DNA of 64,000 nucleotides from an uncultured delta proteobacterium (lineage in GTDB: Bacteria; Desulfobacterota; RBG-13-43-22), in the NCBI GenBank assembly GCA_963802945.1, contig CAWDKY010000029.1:1-64000 (forward strand). The letters run 5' to 3'. The position numbers were made by a program, and so were the translations under genes. Positions 54,049 to 64,000 of the stretch are shown here, in pieces. Below the pieces are notes generated by a model. That model was not told the DNA's origin. It worked only from the letters and a program-made list of their open reading frames with translations, and did not search any database. Within the stretch, counting starts at the first letter, position 1, and each line of letters opens with the position of its first letter.

Positions 54049-56229
54049 TTAGATCATAGCCTGCCTCTGAAATTGGTGATATTCAGCCAATTTCGAGAGG
54101 GCGAAGAAGGCCCTGGGAAGGCCCTCATAAACTGGAACGCCGGCCTTCAGCAGAATTTGTTCAAATAGGATGCGGGATTGCCTTATATCCGGGTCAGGCT
54201 GAAATTGCCTCCAGACCACCACCAGAGGCAGGTGGTGTGTATATTTCCAGGCCTCCCCGGCAATATAATGGGCTATCTTTTCAACCTGCCTGGCCGTTCC
54301 ATTTTCAAATAACCAGTCCAAATGAAGGGCCAGGACGAACATATCAACGGTTGACCCGGAGGACAGAAGATCCAGCGCTTGGCCTAGGAGATCCAATTCG
54401 AGAAAGACGATATGGGCATCAATCGGATTGCGGATCATGTTCCCGGCGGGAAGGATGAACCGGCGCAGTTTATTCTGGATCGCCAGGGGTAGAGCCGGCA
54501 AATTCAATCCCACCTTGGCACAACCATCCGCTGCGGCCACACCCACCCCTCCGCCGGTGCCGATGATGGCTACCCGCTGTCCGCGGCATTCCCCCAGATG
54601 GAGAAAAGCCAGGGTCACATCGGTCATCTCTTCCAGAGAATCAACCTGCACCGCACCGCTTTGCCGGAAAAAGGCCTTCCAGATTTTCTCGCCGCCGGCC
54701 AGGGACCCCGTGTGAGAGGCCACCGCCCTGGCCCCGGAGTCCGTCAACCCGCCCTTCATAATGATCACCGGCTTCTGACGATTGATCTCAGTGACCTGTC
54801 GGAGAAGCCTCTGTCCGTTCTTGACCCCTTCCAAATACATGGCGATGATCCGGGTCTGACCATCGTGGGATAAATACTCCAGAAAATCCGTACTGTCCAA
54901 GGTCAAGGCATTTCCGTAACTGAAGACCTTGCTGAAATAAATACCGAATTGGTTGGCGGCATAACTTGTAAAATCTCCGGCATTGCCTCCGCTCTGGCTG
55001 ACAAAGGCCACGGGTCCCTTCTCTGCGGGGGCTTTCACCCAAGTCACTATTCTCGACTCCGGAACATAGACTCCCATACAATTGGGGCCGAGGACTCGCA
55101 GACCCCCTTCCCGGGCGATCTTTTCAATTTCAGCCTGAAGTCGATGGCCTTCTTCCTCCCCTAGTTTCTTTGAAACCGGAGGTGAAGATATGGACGTTTT
55201 TATTGCCTGAAGCGATGCAATCCCTCAGGGCCTCGGGTACCAGGGGTGCCGGTACGGAGATGATGACCAGGTCCACCGGTTCGGGCAAAGAAACGAGATC
55301 AGGAAAGGTCTTATAACCATCAACTTCGTCGGTGTTAGGATTGATGGGATATAACCTTCCCGGAAAACCAAAGTCTCTGACGTTGGCAAACATGCCGGAA
55401 AAACCTTGAAATCGTGAGCGGGCCGCACCGACTACGGCAATGGACTTGGCGTGGACCATTACTCTCCAGGGCCGCATTGATCGCTTCTATTTCTTCTCTG
55501 GTCCGTTCCTTGGCTTAAAGGATCATCTTGAGCCGATGATTCATTCCTACTGATAACGACCAGGGCATCTACGGCGGTCACTTCACCTTTTGGGGTGACC
55601 AGCAAAGGATTGATATCCACCTCCATGATCTCCGGATGTTCCGTACCCAATCGCGACAGACCCATCATGACTCGGATCAAGGCCTCCTTGTCCGCGGCTA
55701 ACTCACCGCGAAAATCTTCCAGTAATTTTCGGGATGAAAGCTCCTCCATCATTCTCCGGGCCTGAATTTCATTGATCGGGGCTATCCGAAAGACCACATC
55801 CTGGATCACCTCGGTAAATACACCCCCCAATCCAAACATCACCACCAAACCGAACTGGGGATCACGGAACAACCCGGCTACAAACTCCCGCCGGCCTACA
55901 ACCAGCGGCTGAAGTAAACAACCTTCCAAGTCCGTGCCGGCGGAGGCCTGAATCTCAAGGTAAGCACGACTTACGTCTTCAGCAGACCATAAATTCAGCT
56001 TGACCAGACCCCGTTCTGTCTTGTGGGTTAATTTTGACCCTAATCCTTTTAAAACCACGGGAAATCCCCATTCCCGGGCTTGGGCGATCGCCGCTTCTTC
56101 ACTTTCAACAACCATCTCTTTGACTATCGGAAGGCCATAATGGCTCAATAATAGCTTGGACTCGGCCTCATCCAGAGAAAACCTTCCCTGTTTGCCGGCC
56201 TGTCCTATTAACTCAACGGGTTTTATCAT
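54049..56229 (-). CDS. ADP-forming acyl-CoA synthetase (ATP-grasp + CoA-binding fusion), frameshifted into three ORFs
   Basis: HKTERGLV, DINPL, SIAVVGA, GPNCMG, SQSGG and ASHTGSLAG (phospho-His). Confidence 0.85.
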
Positions 56230-56573
56230 TTGTACCTCTCATCATATTTTTAAGCACTGCCTGATACCTTTCTTGACTATGGGAGAGCAATTGCCCATAG
56301 CCATACCTATCATTGCCTCTTTAATGGAAAAAGAAAAAACCAAATTGGAGGGCAAACAAAAAAAGGGGTTTGATACCGGGAATCAGGGCATCATGCTTTT
56401 CTTTTTGGGGTAGACAGCGAGAACCCCCGGCCTCTGGTTCCGGAGATTCTTTGTCTTTATCAAACCATATAAAGGAAGCAATAAAAAATCAAGGGAATTT
56501 TATCCCAATCCTGGCGTTGCTTGACACCCAGACAGGGTCGGGATATTATCCCTGCCGGAAAATGTGAGAGGCT

Positions 56574-57008
56574 ATGAAAGAGAAATACAGCTTTGATGAA
56601 ATTGAAATCGGCATGGAAATGGGGCCGCTTGAGCTTGACGTCAGCCCCGAGGCCATCGAAGAGCACCGTAACTGGACCCGGTGGGAGGTCGAGGTTGACG
56701 ACAACCCAGCCAATGCCTTGCCCGGAATCTTCCTCATCAACCACGTACGTCTGCTGACCGCCACCCTGGGTGGTGCAGGCAGCCGGATATGGGCCAAGAG
56801 CCGGCATGAATTCTTCAACCCGATACGAGTCGGCAGCCAGCTGGTGAAACGCGGCCGGATAGTCGACAAATATCTGAAACGCGGGAAGCAGTATCTTATC
56901 TATGAGATAGAGACCCGGGACCAGGATGGCACGCTCATCATGCGCAGCCGCGAGACTTCCTTTTTTGGGGAAAGCAGGGCGGGGAGCCAGGTAGAAGATG
57001 AAGGCTGA
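56574..57008 (+). CDS. MaoC-like hotdog-fold protein
   Basis: HEFFNPIRVG...GRIVDKYLKRGKQY; overlaps the next MaoC gene. Confidence 0.7.
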   Translation: MKEKYSFDEIEIGMEMGPLELDVSPEAIEEHRNWTRWEVEVDDNPANALPGIFLINHVRLLTATLGGAGSRIWAKSRHEFFNPIRVGSQLVKRGRIVDKYLKRGKQYLIYEIETRDQDGTLIMRSRETSFFGESRAGSQVEDEG

Positions 57009-57399
57009 TAGAAATGTAGAAGTGGGTGGGGAAATACCGTCCCTGAGAAAAACGGCCTACTCGCCGAAGGTTGATTTTGAGGTTACGCAGATTCATGATG
57101 AAGATTACGCCAAGGCACGCGGCTTCCGGGGTGACCTGGTCGGGGGCAACTTCCTGACCAGTTATGTTTTGGAAATGCTCTACCGCTACTTTGGCGACCC
57201 ATGGTGGAAACACGGCCGGATAGACGTCACTTTCGTCGGTGGGGGCGCGGTAACCGGTGACAAGTTGATAGCTAAAGGCGTAATCACCTCAAAGCAGGCT
57301 GAGGACTCCAGCGTCAGACTCTTCCTCGATATCCATCTGGAAAACTACACCACCGGCAATAAGATACTCGTCGGCACGGCCAGTTGCCGTGTGCCTTGA
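56998..57399 (+). CDS. MaoC family dehydratase
   Basis: IHDEDYAKARGFRG.LV.G hydratase-2 motif. Confidence 0.8.
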   Translation: MKADRNVEVGGEIPSLRKTAYSPKVDFEVTQIHDEDYAKARGFRGDLVGGNFLTSYVLEMLYRYFGDPWWKHGRIDVTFVGGGAVTGDKLIAKGVITSKQAEDSSVRLFLDIHLENYTTGNKILVGTASCRVP

Positions 57400-57427
57400 G
57401 TTTTCTGGCTAAATTGAACATTAAGTA

Positions 57428-57460
57428 GGGTCGGGCCAATTCATTTATGCGGCCCGACCC
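57428..57460. terminator. Hairpin between convergent genes
   Basis: GGGTCGGGCC...GGCCCGACCC. Confidence 0.6.
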
Positions 57461-57490
57461 CTTAAAACCAATAAATGATAACCTGAGTTC

Positions 57491-58253
57491 CTACTTGGCC
57501 TTGTATTGCGGAGGGCGCTTCTGCGCGAAGGCCCGCGCCCCTTCCATGAAATCCTCGGTAGTGCGGATATAGGCGGCCAGTTGTTTCTCCAGCGCCAGGC
57601 CCTCCTCCAAAGTCATGCTGTAGCCGCGGATCATGGCTTCCTTGGTGGCCCTGACGCCCAGCGGTCCGCGGGAGATAATGGTATTGGCGATTTCCTTGGC
57701 GGTGTCCATCAGCTTGTCACGCGGCACTACCCGGCTCACTAGGCCGACACGGAGGGCCTCTGCGGCGTTGATCCGGTTGCCGGTGAGAAGGATCTCGGCA
57801 GCAACGGCCCTGGGGATAAAACGGGGCATCCTGATCGTGCCGCCGCCGCCGGGCATAAAGCCGATATTGACCTCGGGCTGGCCGAATTGGGCATTGTCCG
57901 CAGCGATTCGGATATCACAGGTCATGGCCAGTTCGCAGCCGCCGCCCAAGCAATAGCCGTGGATAGCGGCAATGAACGGCTTCCAGATGGTATCGGGACG
58001 TAGGGGGAGTACAGGCGTTGCGGCCTCCCCGCCGGTGGCTGGACGAAATCCCTTGATGTCGGCACCCGCACTGAAGGCCCGGTCGCCGGCGCCGGTCATG
58101 ATGGCCACCCAGAGATCGTTGTTAGCCCTGGAAATCCATATAGGCTTCTTGAAGCCCGTCCCGCACCTCAACGCTCAAAGAATTCATCGCTTCGGGACGG
58201 TTGATGGTGATGTAAGCAATTCTACCTTCTTTAACATATTCAACAGCAGCCAT
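57491..58253 (-). CDS. Enoyl-CoA hydratase/isomerase (frameshifted N-terminus)
   Basis: AFSAGAD, GGGCELA and QPE. The upstream frame gives MAAVEY...ITINRPEAMNSL. Confidence 0.85.
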
Positions 58254-58337
58254 TTTTATTCTCCTTTTCTTGGTTGGTTATATAGTCTTTTCATCAAAGA
58301 TTTCTGTTTTGACCGTCATTTTCAGAAATATAGTTGG

Positions 58338-59162
58338 TTAATCCTTAAATTGATCATCTCTGGTTTTTACCCAGTCAACATTATACTGGGCAGCCCAGAC
58401 CTCAGGGTCGCGCCTCGTTCGGCTTAAGACCCAGAAATTGCATGAAGCCTTTATGGCCGCCGACTGTCCCATAATGTCAGCTGCTTGATTAATCGACATC
58501 TTCGAGGCCATCAGCCCCCAAGGGTCCAAGCAGGCTATTTTTTCGGCTATCTTCATGGTTTCCTCTTCAAGGCGCTCCTTGGGTACGACTCTATTGACAA
58601 TACCCAGACGCAGCGCTTCTTGAGCATCGATATAGTCAGCCAACCAAACCAGCTCCTTGGCCTTCCTGGGTCCTAATTCAATATAGTAAGCCGGATATTC
58701 AATGGAACCTCCTCCCCAACTTCTGGTGGTTTTTTCCTGGAACTGGGCATCATCGGCAGCAATAATGAGGTCGCAGGCAGCCGCTAACATCCAACTGGCC
58801 ATAATGCACCAGCCCTGAACCATAGCGATCGTCGGTTTCGGAATGTTCCGCCAATGATCACGTGGGTAGGAATAGACCCCTGTCTCCATATCTTTCAAAA
58901 ACCCGAGAGGTGTCTTGTCCCGTGGATTTTTTTCCTCCTCAAGCCGGGCTTGCTGGCTTCCCATATCATGCCCCGAGCCAAAATGCCTTCCGGCCCCGGC
59001 AACAACAATAACTCTAACTTCCTTGTCCTTTTCCGCCTCAGTAAAGGCATCGTCAAGTTCGGCATAGACCTGCCGGGTAATCGCATTCAGAACTTCAGGG
59101 CGATTAACGGTAATCTTGGCAATGCCTTCCTTTCTTTCATATAAAACAAAATCACGGTTCAT
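58338..59162 (-). CDS. Enoyl-CoA hydratase/isomerase family protein
   Basis: ITVNRPEVLNA, FGSGHD and KPTIAMVQG. Confidence 0.88.
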   Translation of the reverse strand: MNRDFVLYERKEGIAKITVNRPEVLNAITRQVYAELDDAFTEAEKDKEVRVIVVAGAGRHFGSGHDMGSQQARLEEEKNPRDKTPLGFLKDMETGVYSYPRDHWRNIPKPTIAMVQGWCIMASWMLAAACDLIIAADDAQFQEKTTRSWGGGSIEYPAYYIELGPRKAKELVWLADYIDAQEALRLGIVNRVVPKERLEEETMKIAEKIACLDPWGLMASKMSINQAADIMGQSAAIKASCNFWVLSRTRRDPEVWAAQYNVDWVKTRDDQFKD

Positions 59163-59215
59163 GCTCTTACCTCCCGAATATAAAATACGAGGTTCAGTAC
59201 TTTTTCACTCGATTT

Positions 59216-59629
59216 TCACTTACACTGCCCGATCCATCTCCCCTTCATGTTCTGGGTCATCTCCATACTCGCAGTTCTCATCTTTACAACTCCCTCAAAG
59301 GTATTTCCACTATAGGTCATCCTGCCATTGCTTGTTGACATGCCTTCCTTCGTTTTACACTCCATGACCCATGAGACCGTATCTCCTTTCACCTCAGTTT
59401 TAACCATCTTACATTCTTGTCTTGGCGACTGTTTCTGGGGCACCATATTCTTTTTTGTCAGACAATGGGTATAGGTGTACGGAGCCATCTTCGTGGGCGT
59501 CCCCGGCATTTCCATCGTCATTGTTATCTCCCAGAGTCCTTCATTCATATTTTGAGCTATGGAAATATCACTCAAAAAGAGAAACAAAACCGCCAAAATT
59601 GATACCAAAAAGACTTTCTTAATCATCAT
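59216..59629 (-). CDS. DUF3617 family exported protein
   Basis: GLWEIT..MEMPG...CLT...C...C...GRWIGQC. Confidence 0.82.
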   Translation of the reverse strand: MMIKKVFLVSILAVLFLFLSDISIAQNMNEGLWEITMTMEMPGTPTKMAPYTYTHCLTKKNMVPQKQSPRQECKMVKTEVKGDTVSWVMECKTKEGMSTSNGRMTYSGNTFEGVVKMRTASMEMTQNMKGRWIGQCK

Positions 59630-59802
59630 TTTACCTCCTTATGGATTTTTTTATCGTTACTGTTTCCACCAACTCCACACGCCTATTCTGAGTACGACCA
59701 TTGTAATGAGGGTGAGGTCTATGATGTTTCACTCCCTTTATTCTTAACCAATGGTTAAAACTTCTGCTCAAATTTGTAAAGTGAAATTTCAGAAAGTCGA
59801 AA

Positions 59803-59932
59803 AGATTGGCTCGCAGCATCCCTGTTTTTCACCCACTCTTTTGGGGGGATAAAAGGTCGGTTTAAGACTTTTTTAACCCCTTTTTTAATATCTTTCAATG
59901 GAATTCAAACTTTTGTCTCGATCCGACCCCCA
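59803..59932 (-). repeat. Y1/RAYT transposase left-end relic, copy B1
   Basis: Direct repeat of 60799-60927; minus strand GGGGTCGGA...ATGCTGCGAGCCAAT. Confidence 0.75.
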
Positions 59933-60110
59933 TTTGAATCCGAATACGATGTTCATATAACATAATAACAGTTTTTAGAAGATTATCGAAATTGAAAATG
60001 GTATATTTTTAAAAAAGGATTCAAGGATTCAAGGGGCCATGGACCGCAGGGCGGAGTGAAAGGCATGGAAGTTAAACCCCTTGAAACTATTTTGTATAAG
60101 GAGGAATGAT

Positions 60111-60670
60111 ATGGAAAAGACCGAACTGGCACCGGGCAGGGTCCCTTATCCCATGCCTTGCTCCCTGGTCGGAGCAAACGTATCCGGAAAACCAAACTAC
60201 CTGACTATTGCTTGGTTTACCATGGCCAATCCCAAACCGCCCTATGTCCTGGCGGTATTGAATAAGGCCCATTACACCAACGCCGGAATTAAAGAGAATG
60301 GGACATTCAGCATCAATATCCCTTCAGTCGTATTGGCCGATAGGGTGGACTACTGTGGGCTGGTCACAGGCCATAAAACCGACAAGTCCGGGTTCTTGAA
60401 ACCATGCGTAGACTCAAAACTGCGCCCATGATCAAGGAGTGTGCCTGTAACGTGGAGTGCAGGCTAGGAACGTACCGTCGACCTGCCGATGGAGGAGGAT
60501 TTCATGGGGAAATCGTTGCCCTTTACAGTGATGACCGATTTCTGACTGAAGGGGTTCCGGACTTAAAAAAAATGAATCCGTTACTGCTCATACAGTCGCA
60601 GAGAAGGTATGCCGCCCTTGGTTCGGACATCGGCCCGGCTTGGGAAATAGGGAAAGGATGGAAGAAATAG
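60111..60670 (+). CDS. Flavin reductase-like (flavoredoxin) protein, frameshifted
   Basis: YPMPCSLVG..V.GKPN, HYTNAGI.ENG.FSINIP, DYCG..TG...DKS and APMIKEC..NVEC. Confidence 0.8.
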
Positions 60671-60724
60671 AGGATTGAGGATCGAGGGCTGAGGACTGAG
60701 AGGAAAAGAAGTTCATAATATAAA

Positions 60725-60791
60725 GGGGACAGATTTATTTATTGTTTGCCGTGTTCCAGTCGGCGCTTTAGAATAATGAAATCTGGTCCCC
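60725..60791. repeat. Short element bounded by inverted repeats
   Basis: GGGGACAGATTTATT ... AATGAAATCTGGTCCCC. Confidence 0.6.
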
Positions 60792-60798
60792 TTTAACC

Positions 60799-60927
60799 AA
60801 TTGGCTCGCGGCATCCCTGTTTTTCACCCACTCTTTTGGGGGGATAAAAGGTCGGTTTAAGGTCTTTTTACCCCTTGTTTTTAGTATCTTTCAATAGAAT
60901 TTCAATCTGTTGCCTCAGTCCGACCCC
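60799..60927 (-). repeat. Y1/RAYT transposase left-end relic, copy B2
   Basis: Minus strand GGGGTCGGAC...GGGATGCCGCGAGCCAAT (MPRAN). Confidence 0.75.
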
Positions 60928-60959
60928 AATTCAACAATTCAAGCGATTCAGCAATTCAC

Positions 60960-61290
60960 TTACGCGGATGGGCTGGATACTTCCTTTATCGCCATTGCAG
61001 TGCTACATTAGCCCGAGTGGGAGGAGAGAGTGATCACATCTGCGAAAGGAAAAGGTCAGAGATCGAAGAGGGAAGGAGAAGGGGGACTCTACAAGGTGCC
61101 GACCTCGGCGGGCTGGACAAAGCGGAATCCTTACGGTGAAGGATATCGGATAGCCCTGTGCAGGAAAATCCCGCCCTGCGGGATTTGATGAGGGAGGGCT
61201 GGAAACTCCGGACCGCTAAAGTTCAAATTAGATGCGTGCCTCAAAAAGCTCAAAAGCGGCCACAACTCGGCGCCAGCTCTCTACTCTAAC
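60960..61290 (+). mobile_element. 3' remnant of a group II intron (maturase tail, domains V and VI)
   Basis: LRGWAGYF maturase motif and LYKVPTSAGW tail. Domain V-like AGCCCTGTGCAGGAAAATCCCGCCCTGCGGGATTT. Domain VI GGAGGGCTGG...CCAGCTCTCTACTCTAAC. Confidence 0.8.
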
Positions 61291-62147
61291 TATCCTCAGC
61301 ACACTGCTGCCAGCCTACACTATCGGCCGGGCACAGGGTGTTTCCGATAAAACCATCACCGCGTACATTATGAAGTAAGATTATAAAGCAACATTATAAA
61401 GTAAAAAAATAGAATTTTTTAAATATTAAGCATGTTGAAACTCGAACGCAGTTTTAGATTTTAATTAAACGACATATTAATAAGATACAGACTTAACATC
61501 GGTTAGCTGAAAAATATTATTTATTTGACAAAATATGATTTCCTACATTATACTCCAATTGTGGTAAGTATAAGTAGCTTTATAATTGATGATATCACCA
61601 GTGGAAACACGATAACGTGAAGTATGGTCCATGAATTTATTTATCCATTTAATAATGAAAGAGAGATTTGGGGGATGGCATTGAATGTAATTTAGGCAGA
61701 TTTCTTATTAAAAAATATACTCCCGATACAAAAAGAAAGTTTTTATCAAACCAACAAATTTGATAAAGCCCCTTTTCCTTTGCCCTTCCTGGGAAAGAAC
61801 TTCCTCCGTAGCATCGTCATCAACATCTGGAAACAGATAATCGAATCTTCGGCGATCTCTTCTATAGCTGTTGCGATGAACTCAGCGATTTCTCCTTCCT
61901 CGAAGCATTGTATCGAATCCTTTCCTTTGCGGTGAACAGCATTCGTAAAATGGGCTCTTACCATGAGAAAAGGGACCATCTTTCTCTGATAAGATAATGG
62001 AGGCAGCTCTTGTTTAGGTTAATTGGTCATAGAACAAAATCGTTTTGAATAAAATCTAAAACCGAAAGTTGAATTATCAGTTTTCTAGTTAAAGTTTCAT
62101 GGCTCCTGTCAGGAGCACAAAAAAAACAAAAGGAGATCATTAAAGAT

Positions 62148-63423
62148 ATGATGAAAAAAAATGTATTTGTCTCTCTGGTAATGTTGGCTTTAGCCTTTCT
62201 TTTTCTATTAACCCCGGTATATGGCGCCCCTGCGTCAGGAAAACCGATCAAGATCGGGATCATCGGTCCGATGGATTCAAGGCTGGGTGCTCATTTGATG
62301 ATTACCGCCCAGATGGCTGCCGATGAAGTCAACGCTAGAGGGGGAGTCAAAGTGGGGAATGAAAAATTCCCGATTGAACTGGTCAAGATTTCATCCAACG
62401 AATTTAGAAAAAATAGCCGATGCCATAGCCGCTGCCGAGCGGGCCATTACGGTGGATAAGGTGAACTTTCTGATCGGCGGTGTAATAGTTGAAGCGATTT
62501 CGGCCATCCAGGATGTGGCTGCCGACAACAAGACCATTTACATCAACACTGCTTTTTCGGTAAGCCCGACACATTTGGAGAGACTGACAAAGGACTACAA
62601 CCGCTATAAATACTGTTTCGCGAATGCCCCTTTGGATGCCAAGGGATTAGGAAAAGTCCAGTTGGGGATTGTGGAAGCCGTGGCGAAAGCCGTCCAGCAA
62701 AAAGGCATTACCAAAGTCCGAGTGGCGCAGATGGTCGAAAAAAACGCCTCCGGTGACATACTGTTTGGCGTAACGTCAAAGGGCATCGCCGATCTGGGTT
62801 TTGTATCCACCGGCATCTGGAGGCCGTCCCCGGCGGCTACGGACCTGAGGGCGGAAACAGCCGCCATAAAGACGAGCAAGCCGCATATAATTCATGCTGT
62901 GTTCTCAAGCGCTGCAGGCATGATCTTTGGACAACAGTTGGAAGAGCTTCAGCTTCCAGCGATTGCCGCTGGTTCTCCAGCCGCATCTCTCTTCCCCGGC
63001 AAAGGCGGCATTGAATATTCTGTAACGATGATGTACCCTCCTTCCATCCCTATTAAAGTTTCTGATAAAAATGTGGCGTTTTACAACGAGTTTATAAAGC
63101 GTAGTGGCGGTGAAATGTGTTTCGGCAACTCTTATGATCCTATTCTGGATTTGGTGGCCAGCATTGAAAAGATCGGCACCCTGGATACAGATGCTATCAT
63201 CAAGGCCATGGAGAAAGTGGAATATAACGGCGTTTCCGGTTGGCAGAGGTTTGATCCGAAAGACCACCGGACCGTCAATTTAAGAGGATATTTGCCGGAT
63301 TACGGTGTGCAGCAGCTCAAGGGAAAATATGCGATCGTCTGGCCGTCGAACGCCCCGGTAGCGAAAGCGCAGCCGGTTCAGATTCCTCAGTGGATGATTG
63401 ATGCCTGGAAGAATGACAAATAG
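62148..63423 (+). CDS. ABC transporter substrate-binding protein (LivJ/LivK-like), frameshift near 62405
   Basis: Signal peptide, PIKIGIIGP, AADEVNARGG, ERAITVDKV and GVSG..RFD. Confidence 0.85.
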
Positions 63424-63625
63424 GTGGTAACAGAAAAGTTCTTTTTAATCTCTTTGGGTAAATTCCCCGCCCCTTTGGGCGAATAGATTGTGGTTAGATA
63501 TAAAAAATATTTTGTTTGACAACATATTATATTTCTATATAAAAAACTCGATTGTCAGTTTTCTAGCTAAAGTTTCATGGCTCCTGTCGGGAGCACAAAA
63601 AAAACAAAAGGAGATCATTAAAGAC

Positions 63626-64000
63626 ATGATGAAGAAAAATTTATTTGTCCCTCTGGTAGTGTTGGCCTTAGCCTTCCTTTTTCTATTAACCCCGGTATAT
63701 GGCGCCCCTGCGTCAGGAAAACCGATCAAGATCGGGATCATCGGTCCGATGGATATGAGGACGGGCAATCATATGTTCATAACCGCCCAGATGGCTGTCG
63801 AGAAGATCAATGCTGCCGGCGGAGTCAAAGTCGGTACGACGAGGCGTCCGATTGAACTGGTCAAAATTACGTCTAATGAATTCAAGAAGGTCAGCGATGC
63901 CATAGCCGCTGCCGAGCGGGCCATTACGGCTGACAAAGTGGACATTCTGATTGGAGGCGTTGTAGCCGAAGCAGTAGCGGCCATACAGGATATTGCCGCC
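63626..64000 (+). CDS. Second LivJ/LivK-like substrate-binding protein (runs off the window)
   Basis: Paralogous N-terminus MMKKNLF...PIKIGIIGPMD...INAAGG. Confidence 0.85.
   Translation, partial: MMKKNLFVPLVVLALAFLFLLTPVYGAPASGKPIKIGIIGPMDMRTGNHMFITAQMAVEKINAAGGVKVGTTRRPIELVKITSNEFKKVSDAIAAAERAITADKVDILIGGVVAEAVAAIQDIAA

Noticed and set aside
59631-59819. 62-aa ORF starting MLRAN
   Set aside because: Only the first five codons belong to the transposase-relic repeat; the rest is read-through into intergenic DNA.
60960-61290. Retron or diversity-generating retroelement
   Set aside because: No RT catalytic domain (YADD) and no TR/VR pair; only group II intron remnants are present.
61746-61979. 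77-aa minus-strand ORF
   Set aside because: No recognisable family; possibly a gene fragment, with too little support to call.

Overview
Bacterial chromosomal window, probably from an anaerobic Desulfobacterota (deltaproteobacterial) genome. This is inferred from the tmRNA tag ADNYDYALAA, a Mop-type aldehyde oxidoreductase and the general gene content. Left third (0.1-23 kb): a porin fragment, an RraA-like gene, a 5' remnant of a group IIC intron, a GC-rich RND efflux operon, and an unusual operon (CcsA + ResB heme lyase, an exported CxxCH protein with tandem molybdopterin-oxidoreductase-like domains and a tetrapyrrole methylase domain, APC permease, TonB-dependent receptor, ExbBD-TonB, a second exported methylase). 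An aldehyde oxidoreductase-SufS-IscU-like cluster follows, and both operons share an 18-bp palindrome upstream. Middle (23-36.6 kb) is an accessory patchwork: an integron relic (truncated intI, attI, HIT cassette, attC), katG followed by an attC-like site and preceded by a decayed monofunctional catalase, Y1/RAYT transposase relics, a cyclase-like ORF, a type IIG/ISP-like restriction-modification protein and a DUF4062 + TPR pair. A partially duplicated DUF202 gene brackets 24.5-36.6 kb. 39-53 kb is intact core genome (mltA, pth, rplY, prs, tRNA-Gln, ispE, degP, icd, ssrA). The right end holds acyl-CoA metabolism genes, more transposase-relic repeats, a 3' group II intron remnant and tandem ABC substrate-binding proteins. 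Many genes near both ends carry single-base indels that may be sequencing errors. All calls come from reading motifs by eye; no searches were run.
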